Source of the DNA: a virus
Taxonomy: Duplodnaviria > Caudoviricetes
Length of the DNA: 64,000 nt
Virus record (IMG/VR): IMGVR_UViG_3300028833_000006
Coordinates: 47,213-111,212 of that record
Reading direction: 5' to 3' (one strand)
Shown here: positions 29,870 through 38,079 of the stretch, piece by piece
Layout: each line of letters begins with the position of its first letter
How positions within the stretch are numbered: position 1 is the first letter of the stretch
Made by a program: the position numbers and the translations under genes
The notes under the pieces: generated by a model
What the model saw: the letters and a program-made list of their open reading frames with translations, nothing else
Database searches by the model: none
What the model was told of the DNA's origin: nothing

Positions 29870-29886
29870 ATTGGTTATCTCCTTTC

Positions 29887-29949
29887 CTTACAATACCATT
29901 ATAGGTGTATACTTATATATTGTCAAGTAATTTTTGAAAAATTTTTCAA
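29887..29949 (-). promoter_or_regulatory. Repeated early promoter
   Basis: Palindrome + TTGACA-17-TATAAT + GTAAGG. Confidence 0.85.
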
Positions 29950-30025
29950 ATGACTTACACTTGAATCATATATGATACATTTAATACAACAAAAAGGACA
30001 GCCAAAACTGACTGTCCAATTTAAA

Positions 30026-30682
30026 TCATATTAACTTAGTTTGGTGTGGTTTCTTTTTGTCTACAACCGTCATATGCCGTAATTTACCTGCACAACTCCT
30101 AGAACAAGTTTTAGTCGGCTCATACTTGTTTATACTAAACTCCTTACCGCAAATGACACATACCCTAGTAACATTATCCTTACCAACATGTCTCCTATAA
30201 TAAGATTTACAAGCATTGCTACAAAAAGTATTCTTCTTACCTGTATTGCACGCAATAAACTCTTTGCCACAATTAGTGCATGTACATGTTATGGGTGCAT
30301 TTAAAATACCCCGCTCTATTAACCGCTTTGCGTTCTCTCTACTAACGGCTCTACCCTCTTCTGACCTATGCCACGCACTCGCTCTACTTCTATACCTGGC
30401 TAATGTTTCAATATCCTTTTGTAATCTTTCTTCGGACTTATGTGTTCCATGATATGTAGAATGCGTCTCATTTGATAAACATTCTAAATTAGATATATCA
30501 TTATTGCCACGGTTCTCATCCCTATGGTGTATTACACAACCTTTTGGAATCACACCCACTTCATGTTCCCACACATATCTATGCATCAAAACCGTATGAC
30601 CATCAAGTTTTGTAATAAAATATCCATCAGACCGCCTAGTAAATTTAATACCATTGTAAAATTGTACCCTACTCTCTGCCAT
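30026..30682 (-). CDS. Free-standing HNH homing endonuclease with zinc-finger repeats
   Basis: MHRYVW...IHHRDENRGNN.ISNL...H; two CxxCGKEF...CS..C repeats. Confidence 0.85.
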   Translation of the reverse strand: MAESRVQFYNGIKFTRRSDGYFITKLDGHTVLMHRYVWEHEVGVIPKGCVIHHRDENRGNNDISNLECLSNETHSTYHGTHKSEERLQKDIETLARYRSRASAWHRSEEGRAVSRENAKRLIERGILNAPITCTCTNCGKEFIACNTGKKNTFCSNACKSYYRRHVGKDNVTRVCVICGKEFSINKYEPTKTCSRSCAGKLRHMTVVDKKKPHQTKLI

Positions 30683-30760
30683 ATCATACCTCCTATATAT
30701 AGGAATAGTATAACAAGAATAGGCAGAAAAGTAAATATCCGTATCGCACAATATCCGCAA

Positions 30761-32756
30761 TTAGTTACCTTTTCTACTTGCGTATTTGTCAATACCGTAC
30801 CTTACCGCATCAATACTGTGGTCGTTCCCATCTGGATATGCACTAATGAAATTACCTTCCTTGTCTGTCTCATACTCATAGTTAGTAAATTCTGCATAGG
30901 TGTAGGGGCACTTTCGTCTATCTATATAAATGTGATTAAGTCCCTGTAACCACTTCATAGAATAAGTACGACTCTCTGGCCCCTTTACAGCACCACGGAT
31001 AAATGCGCCATACGCCTTAAAGTCTGCTATTGACTTCGGCTCTGCGGAATCTGCGATAAGTTGCTCATCCTTCCTAATGAGTTTTTTCTCCTCATATAAC
31101 TCATCAAAAATTTCCTTATTCCTCTTCATATAGGTGTTGTATTCTCTAAAGATGTACAAATCTAAATGCTTAGCATCAAAATGCATTTTAACAAATCTAG
31201 TAGGGTCTTTAGCGAACATATTTAACCCTTATCTACCCTCGGTTTCCCGATATTTATTAGGGGATTAGACTATCTCTTAATATTATGGTTTACATAATAT
31301 TCAGTGCACTTCGGACTGTGCTAATCTCAGCCCTACTTCCTTACGGAATAGTCGTTACACCTTTCCTTTCGGACTTGGCACGGTATTGTCATAGGCTGTT
31401 GCCCTTAGAGTTTCACCGTTAGCCGTATCTTCATATGACACCGCTTTTGCTTGCGTTCACACTGTTTTATACTGGAGCTACGCTACCCAACCCCAGTCCA
31501 ATCCATTATAAATCTTGTCAAATGTCTGCCACATAGGTACTTGTCTGTCACCCATCTCTACCAGTTGCTCCATGTCCAAGTCTTCTGCATTAGGGAATAC
31601 ATCTCCACCTGTACCAATGGCTACACCCATGTATTCATGGATATAGGCTCTCTCATTCCTCTGCCTTAACTCCTCTGCCTCTTCCACAAACTGCATCCCT
31701 AGCCAGTCTATAGGGACATCAAAGTAAGTATTACTTGTTACTAATGTATTCTCTTGCAACTCTGCCTGCTCTGCATATTGATTAGCCCAATTAAGTTTAC
31801 TGATAGGAGGGTTGAATGTTCTAAAATCCCAAAAGTTTTGACCACCACGCATTGTAGACTGTAATACCTTACGTATCTCTGCCTCGCCTGCGAACTGGTC
31901 AAGTTCCTCACTTGGAGCATTGCGTATATAGCGTAAAGTTTTGTTATACGCTCCTATATTACTATAGGGTTCGGACTATATCATACTGTATATAACTGTT
32001 ACCATTACATACAGCCCTTGCGCTTCGCTTTCGCTACTCTACTTACTTCTTCACATAAGGATTTCTCTTATGCTATGCTTTCGATAGTCTCTGAGCCTTC
32101 CTATCACATGGTTTGTGCATATTGCACAATGGATTTCTGAAATCGCAAAATCAGTTTGTATTTCCCTAGGGGAGATTTTTTATACCCCAAGGATACCCAA
32201 TTCCGCAAACCCTTGATTTTACTGCATTTGTAGACTTATGTGCAAATTGCACAATAAAATGATAGGCTTGGTTGCTGATTGTCCTATATGCGTATAGGAT
32301 TTCCAGCAGTTCACAAGGTTTTACATGGTCTGAGGTCTAGTTAAACCATGTTATCCCGATGTAGCCAAATGACAGTTTGATTGACTTAACCTTATTTGGG
32401 TCATCTAACCCCATAAAGATTATCTTCTGGCCAGTCGGAATATATGTTATAGGTGTTGAATAAGTTTTTGGAATCTTAAACAGACTGTCTACCCCTAACT
32501 GATATATCCCCCATACTACTTGGGCAAATATACTGTTCTGTATTGTATTTCCTACCTTGCGGAAACATACAGCGTGTACAGTGGGATTTGACATAATGAG
32601 TAGCGGAATACAAATACCACCGTAAAAAGAAGACTTTGTACTTCCTCTACCACCTTTACCAACATAATGTGTATGCTTATGTTGTAATATATCTTGTAGA
32701 ATAGGTTTATACATAGGTATAATACATCTATCTAAAGATATACTCATATCACTCAT
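30761..32756 (-). CDS. terL: Terminase large subunit, three exons (32756-32344, 31910-31490, 31216-30761; 429 aa)
   Basis: GGRGSTKS Walker A; splicing restores WFEELDQF (Walker B) and GLDWGFAKDP; TFNPP and DHSIDAVRY motifs. Confidence 0.9.
31217..31489 (-). mobile_element. Group I intron 2 in terL (273 nt, no ORF)
   Basis: P1 ACUGGGGU/GCUCCAGU with U-G at splice site; GACUA/UAGUC P7; terminal G at 31217. Confidence 0.9.
31911..32343 (-). mobile_element. Group I intron 1 in terL (433 nt, no ORF)
   Basis: P1 ACAUGGUU/GACCAUGU; P10 CCUCA/UGAGG; UGCUGG and AAUCAGCA P/Q; CAGAGACUA and AUAUAGUCC R/S; terminal G at 31911. Confidence 0.92.
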
Positions 32757-32981
32757 TCTCTTACCTCCTTTTATTTTACTCTGTGTCAATATTCAATTTT
32801 CAAGGTGCACATCATGGTGGTGTAGCCACTCGCTATTATCCACCCACCACTCAACTTATTGTTATTGTACTGTCCAATTTATCACTCTGTCAAATATTTG
32901 TACACAATGGGTACAAAAAAGGCTTGTTTTATACGCAAGCCTTATATTTTCCCTATAGGAACTTTTTATCTATGTATAGTC

Positions 32982-33500
32982 TTATGTGAGGTCAAGATTG
33001 CCCATTTCATCAGCATTTTCAGTTGGTGTAGCCACTATGTCCTTGACCAATTTCATCCCACTCTCTGCACTCTCACTACTAGCCCAATCTAATGTTATCT
33101 TTATCTCTGGTGTCTTATTGCTCTCTAACTTATTAGGTATGTCTATAAGCCTTTTTGCCAACTCTTGTGCCGCCTTTGTGCGCTCTGCTAAACTCGCTTC
33201 AAGTCCGAATTGGTCTGTGATTTCGCCCCTTGCCACTGAACTGAAATATTCGAGCACTTCTTCTGCTGTCATAATGCTAGATTTCCTTATTTCTTGCATT
33301 CTGTAAGCAATTTCATTGGCGATATAGTCTTTTTTCAGCAGTGCGTTTGCTTGCTGTGCAGGTGTCCTACTCTTATATCCTGCATTAATTGCACTTTGAG
33401 AAGCATTACTTGTTTCTATATATTCTGATATAAACTTATCTTCTCTTGGCGTTAAGGGATGTCCTGTATATGTTGTTAATTTTGTATTTACTTTTGGCAT
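32982..33500 (-). CDS. terS: Terminase small subunit
   Basis: LT.RE.KF..EY....NA.QSAI.AGY...A..LL, EVL...S..ARG, R.KAA.ELAK. Confidence 0.85.
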   Translation of the reverse strand: MPKVNTKLTTYTGHPLTPREDKFISEYIETSNASQSAINAGYKSRTPAQQANALLKKDYIANEIAYRMQEIRKSSIMTAEEVLEYFSSVARGEITDQFGLEASLAERTKAAQELAKRLIDIPNKLESNKTPEIKITLDWASSESAESGMKLVKDIVATPTENADEMGNLDLT

Positions 33501-33571
33501 ACTTATTATATACCTCTTTCTCTAATCTCTTATTCCGCCCGACTTTTGGGGATTTTTATATGACATGTATG

Positions 33572-33754
33572 TCATTTATTTACTTCTTGTACTAATCCTT
33601 TTGTTATCCAACTTAATGGTACTGCTTTTTGGTATCCCTTTATTGAATTTTGCCCCCGATTTTCCGTGAATTTTACTGCTATTCTAGGGTCTGCTTTTCC
33701 TAATTCTGTTAGTATAAATTTTGTATTTTCTGTTGCATGTTTATAAGTTACCAT
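33572..33754 (-). CDS. Hypothetical protein
   Basis: AGGAG RBS; stop inside TGACA-N4-TGTCA. Confidence 0.5.
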   Translation of the reverse strand: MVTYKHATENTKFILTELGKADPRIAVKFTENRGQNSIKGYQKAVPLSWITKGLVQEVNK

Positions 33755-33931
33755 TTGGATTTAGTACTCCTAGATTATTTGAAATATTTTTCATATTTCA
33801 CTTTTTCCGCAAAACATATTTTTTGACATTAGTGTCATATTGTCTTGTTTTTGTTTACATAAAACATTATATCACAAAAAGGTAAAAGAAAAAAGAGATA
33901 TTTTTATCTCTTCTCTCTTATGACACATATG

Positions 33932-34462
33932 TCATTTTACTATTCTTGTATGTACATACCACTTAGCTGGTTCTGTTTTATATTCATCTTCATCATTAAA
34001 TCTTCCTGCACTATCTACGGGTTGATATTCTAATATATATTGTACTCCGTTATTACTATCACTTGGATTATTATATTGTTCTGCCTCACCCGCTTTTACG
34101 CTTGCCCTTAATGCATCTGCTTCGCCCTTATCATATTTACCTAATGCCTTTGCTAAATCACTCAATGCACCTTTGAGTGTTGGCTTATTACTATATCCGT
34201 CTATATCTACAAACTTATCCGTAATTATCGCTGTACCAAATACAAGTATATTGCTTGGTATATCCTCTTCTTTTCTCGTAGTACCCTTACTATCATTAAT
34301 GTCTTTGATATTTTTAGTACTTTGCTCTATCTGCTTTGCTTTTAAGTCTTCATTATTTTTGGCTACTTGTCTATTGTATGCGTCTTGGGTAGTTTCACCT
34401 TTATATATTGGCACATGTACCCCTTTTATTGTGACCCATTTTTCTATTTCTCGCTCTACCAT
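33932..34462 (-). CDS. WxTxxGxH-tagged protein, unknown C-terminal domain
   Basis: WVTIKGVHVPI tag + coiled coil. Confidence 0.7.
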   Translation of the reverse strand: MVEREIEKWVTIKGVHVPIYKGETTQDAYNRQVAKNNEDLKAKQIEQSTKNIKDINDSKGTTRKEEDIPSNILVFGTAIITDKFVDIDGYSNKPTLKGALSDLAKALGKYDKGEADALRASVKAGEAEQYNNPSDSNNGVQYILEYQPVDSAGRFNDEDEYKTEPAKWYVHTRIVK

Positions 34463-34486
34463 AATTTAACCTTTCTGACACATATG

Positions 34487-35266
34487 TCATTTTCTTTTAT
34501 TTGGTACTAAATATTCTTGTTCTGCTGTTGTTTGATAACTTCCCCATGTATCTATAGGTCTTATTTTTATCTCTGTTATTTTATCGCCAAACTTTTCCGC
34601 TATTTTTCTATCTGGTGTATAAGCACTGAATATATCATTTGCTACTTGTTTTTGTCCGTATTCACCTCTATACATTGTTATTGGTGTTGTTAACCAATCT
34701 TTGAATGATAACGGTTTTTCTTTACTGCCCCGAATTTTTTGTATTTCAATATCGCCCAAGTAATTGTGATATGCTATATTAAGCCCTGCATTTAATGTAC
34801 CTTTATTGGACAGTATATAGTCTACTAATTTTGGTTTGATATCACTATTCGCACTTCTAAACCAACCACTATGTGTTTGCTCTGGAATACTCTCTCTTAT
34901 CTTGGATACTGCATCTTCTATTTTCATCTCATGCACATCCTTAAGTTCCTCTTCCGCTCTCTTATCTCGCCACAACTGCTTTACCATATCCATATGGTGT
35001 GTTCTGCCATATTCTTTGAATTGTGGATTTGACATATTATCTTTTATGAATGCCTTAAAATCAGTATTATCTTTTACTGTTGGTATATCTGATTTACCGT
35101 TTAACTTATCCGCTTGCTCTTTGGCTTTTGCGATTTGTTTTTCTTTGGTATCTTCATTCTTTTCTGCTATATATCTATTTACTGCTTTGTCTTTTGATTC
35201 ACCGTCCATTATTGGTATATGTTGACCGTTTACAGTAATCCATTGTTTTACTTCTCTTTCTGCCAT
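34487..35266 (-). CDS. WxTxxGxH-tagged ADP-ribosyltransferase-like protein
   Basis: WITVNGQHIPI tag; MYRG, SAYT....A..F, EQEYLV (R-S-E). Confidence 0.7.
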   Translation of the reverse strand: MAEREVKQWITVNGQHIPIMDGESKDKAVNRYIAEKNEDTKEKQIAKAKEQADKLNGKSDIPTVKDNTDFKAFIKDNMSNPQFKEYGRTHHMDMVKQLWRDKRAEEELKDVHEMKIEDAVSKIRESIPEQTHSGWFRSANSDIKPKLVDYILSNKGTLNAGLNIAYHNYLGDIEIQKIRGSKEKPLSFKDWLTTPITMYRGEYGQKQVANDIFSAYTPDRKIAEKFGDKITEIKIRPIDTWGSYQTTAEQEYLVPNKRK

Positions 35267-35349
35267 TTATAATACTCCATAAATTCAGTATTTATCAGCG
35301 TTTCACGGATTTATGTCCGTGAGTGACAAACATATGACATGTATGTCAT

Positions 35350-35790
35350 TTATTTTGACTTGTCTTTCTTATTACGGAAATACCACTCTTTGCCCTCGTC
35401 CGAGTTAGCAAATGCCTTTGCCTCTTTCAATGTCGAAAATTTTTGTCTCTCCTTAAGCCATGCTTGGTTCTTTATACCTAACTCATATCCGCTCTCTTTC
35501 CACGATGTGTTTGGTGAATTATGTGTGTATTTATCAATCTTAAATAATTCACTCTCATATCTTTTATTATTAATAGACGAATGAACCAACTTAAATATCT
35601 GTGGTGCATACTCACTATTATTCATCCGATTTACTTGGTCGGCACGGTCTTTTATTTGCTGTTCTTTTATATCTTCATTGGCTTTAGCAACTGACCTATT
35701 ATATGCGTCTTGTCTGCTCTCTCCCTCAAAGATTGGAACATGTTTTCCATTTACCGTTATCCAATCCTTTACCTCTCTTTGCTGTACCAT
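35350..35790 (-). CDS. WxTxxGxH-tagged protein, unknown C-terminal domain
   Basis: WITVNGKHVPI tag; FSTLKEAK motif. Confidence 0.7.
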   Translation of the reverse strand: MVQQREVKDWITVNGKHVPIFEGESRQDAYNRSVAKANEDIKEQQIKDRADQVNRMNNSEYAPQIFKLVHSSINNKRYESELFKIDKYTHNSPNTSWKESGYELGIKNQAWLKERQKFSTLKEAKAFANSDEGKEWYFRNKKDKSK

Positions 35791-35815
35791 AATATCCTCC
35801 TAATTGACACCTATG

Positions 35816-35956
35816 TCACTTTTTCTGTAATCTCTCATAATATGCCTTAACCTTTTTCATATCAGGTAAGTTCTCTGTCGGTCGTTTATAGTTTTTTGGC
35901 ATATCTATCATCGAATCTGGCTCTTTGTATGTTTTTGGTTTCTGCTCAATTATCAT
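35816..35956 (-). CDS. Small protein, candidate partner of the peptidase
   Basis: GGGGG RBS directly after peptidase stop. Confidence 0.45.
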   Translation of the reverse strand: MIIEQKPKTYKEPDSMIDMPKNYKRPTENLPDMKKVKAYYERLQKK

Positions 35957-35969
35957 ACTTTTACCCCCT

Positions 35970-37037
35970 TTATTTAGAATACAATCGCTCATAAAATTCT
36001 TTAACACCATTTGTATCAGTAGACGTTACATTACTATACAATTGATTTGTAAGTCTCATAACCTCTTGTGCCAATATATTTGCACTAGTACCATAGGCTT
36101 TATAATTTATATAGGATTCTGCAAACACCTCAGTATTAAAATCTTTTCCGTGTATATCCTCGGTATTGTAATGATTCGTAAACACATAGCCGCTCAATTG
36201 GTGAACTAATTGTCCCACTGTCGGTTTACTACTAAACCATCCGTACTTCTTCCAATTTTTCTGAACATTATTTATTGCCAAGGGAACTATGATACCACTT
36301 ATCATAGGATTACTTGCAGGATTAGTATTAAAATCAGCACAAGAATACAATTTACCGTCTAATTTAAAACACTTGACGCTTGTGTCACAATCTGGTATAT
36401 CTGATACAACCTCATCAACCTTTAACTTTCGCCCAAGTGCCCTACCATATGCCTCTGCCCACTTCTCATTACGCATTGTTGTGGGTTCTTTATACACTAA
36501 CGGTGCGTGATTCATTAACACATTATACATCTGCATATCCACATTATGTGCTAATTCATGTGCTACAATGCTATCTGCAAAATCACCGTTTCCTGCCAAA
36601 TACCCCTTGTCACAAAGACCTTCGATGTGCTCTTGCGTAAACTCATAATCATTAAATAAATCACTACGCAATTGCAACATACCTAGTCCATTCATAGCAC
36701 CAAGCGTGCCACCCATTTTAGATTTATCTTCAATCTGTATATAATCTATCTCTTTAACCTCTGGATAATCATTATGTATATCTTGTGCTACCCTTGTAAT
36801 ATCATCAACAAATCTTTTATCCTTGATTGTACCAAGTATCTTAAAATTATCTTTATTTACCTTGGTCGGATTTAACTGTTCTGCTTGCTCTTTAGCCTTT
36901 GCTATGTCACGCTCTTTTTTGCTTTCATTCTGCATAGCAACACTACGATTAAATGCGTCTTGTACAGATTCACCGTCATATATCGGTACGTGATTCCCGT
37001 TTATCGTTACCCAATTTTTTACTTCTCTATCAGCCAT
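35970..37037 (-). CDS. WxTxxGxH-tagged zincin metallopeptidase
   Basis: WVTINGNHVPI tag; HELAH and distal EVFAES. Confidence 0.75.
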   Translation of the reverse strand: MADREVKNWVTINGNHVPIYDGESVQDAFNRSVAMQNESKKERDIAKAKEQAEQLNPTKVNKDNFKILGTIKDKRFVDDITRVAQDIHNDYPEVKEIDYIQIEDKSKMGGTLGAMNGLGMLQLRSDLFNDYEFTQEHIEGLCDKGYLAGNGDFADSIVAHELAHNVDMQMYNVLMNHAPLVYKEPTTMRNEKWAEAYGRALGRKLKVDEVVSDIPDCDTSVKCFKLDGKLYSCADFNTNPASNPMISGIIVPLAINNVQKNWKKYGWFSSKPTVGQLVHQLSGYVFTNHYNTEDIHGKDFNTEVFAESYINYKAYGTSANILAQEVMRLTNQLYSNVTSTDTNGVKEFYERLYSK

Positions 37038-37082
37038 AATATATCTCCAATATGACAAGTCTGTCATATATTGATTATACCA

Positions 37083-37113
37083 AAAAAGCGATAATATTAC
37101 TACTATCGCTTTT
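37083..37113 (-). terminator. Intrinsic terminator
   Basis: AAAAGCGATA/TATCGCTTTT stem with U-run. Confidence 0.6.
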
Positions 37114-37143
37114 CCGTGTATGCCAGTGTATTTACAAAGAAGA

Positions 37144-37332
37144 TTATTTATAATCTTCTAATGTACCTGCTCCGTCAACTATTTCTTGTAAATCTTTATC
37201 AAGTACAAAATCATCATCCTCTTCTGCTATCAACTCGGCAGCCACCTCTTCACCAAAAACCTCTATGAGTTTCTTGTGACAGAAATCAATTCTATTCTCC
37301 ACATCCCTATCTAATGATACCGCTCTTGCCAT
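37144..37332 (-). CDS. Small acidic protein, candidate partner of the JAB protein
   Basis: AGGAGG RBS; directly downstream of 37358..38053. Confidence 0.55.
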   Translation of the reverse strand: MARAVSLDRDVENRIDFCHKKLIEVFGEEVAAELIAEEDDDFVLDKDLQEIVDGAGTLEDYK

Positions 37333-37357
37333 TTGTTATACCTCCTTTATATCACCA

Positions 37358-38053
37358 TTATTTTAAATTTTTACCTGCCTTGGTTGCAACATACTTAAAT
37401 CCAATTTTCTCAAGGTTTTTTGAATATGTTCTATCAAACATACCTACTGAATACTGTCTAGCATATGCATATGCTTGCTTGGGTGTCATAGGCGGTCTAT
37501 ATGTAACCTTACCAGTTGAGCCATCCACCAACTTAACCATACCCTTATGTGGGCCAGACTTAAGTGGTGTTGTTGCCGCTTTAAGTGCTCTGTCATACGA
37601 CTTATTAAAGTTTTTCTCAAGAATACTTTTCTTTGAATTTACCCACTTTGCTAATTTCTCTCTATCAGCATTCTCTGACGCAACTATAGAATACAACTGA
37701 CCTTGTTTTGTAGTTGCTCTCAATTCTTTCCAATTTGACTGTGCAAATGTCTTTAAATCTGTAAGTGATAGTGTACCACCTAATGCATTATTTGGATGTA
37801 AATGAGTAACACTTGCACCCTCGGTCTCTTTAGCATTTAAGATTTTAGGGTCAATGTTAACAGAATGCCTATCACCCTCATATGCTTGCATAAAATTACC
37901 GTCCTTATCAAATATAGCAAGTGTTTCTACACGACCTTGACCAAAGCCCTTTTCCTTGGTCTCATCTTTTGCTCTCAATTCCCACTCATCTATCGTAGGT
38001 TTACCAGTCACAACCAAATGTTTAACATTTCCACCAACTACTATCCCACCCAT
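37358..38053 (-). CDS. JAB/MPN-like protein, Met-Gly start
   Basis: E.LAIFD..G, THLHP......S..D motif. Confidence 0.7.
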   Translation of the reverse strand: MGGIVVGGNVKHLVVTGKPTIDEWELRAKDETKEKGFGQGRVETLAIFDKDGNFMQAYEGDRHSVNIDPKILNAKETEGASVTHLHPNNALGGTLSLTDLKTFAQSNWKELRATTKQGQLYSIVASENADREKLAKWVNSKKSILEKNFNKSYDRALKAATTPLKSGPHKGMVKLVDGSTGKVTYRPPMTPKQAYAYARQYSVGMFDRTYSKNLEKIGFKYVATKAGKNLK

Positions 38054-38079
38054 AATTACCTCTCAATCTGACACTACTG

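Noticed and set aside
9727-29949. Repeated 62-bp units as a CRISPR array
   Set aside because: Spacing is hundreds to thousands of bases with whole genes between, and the unit contains -35/-10 boxes.
30761-32789. terL as a pseudogene, frameshift or stop-codon-reassignment case
   Set aside because: Two group I introns explain the breaks exactly, and other genes read normally in the standard code.
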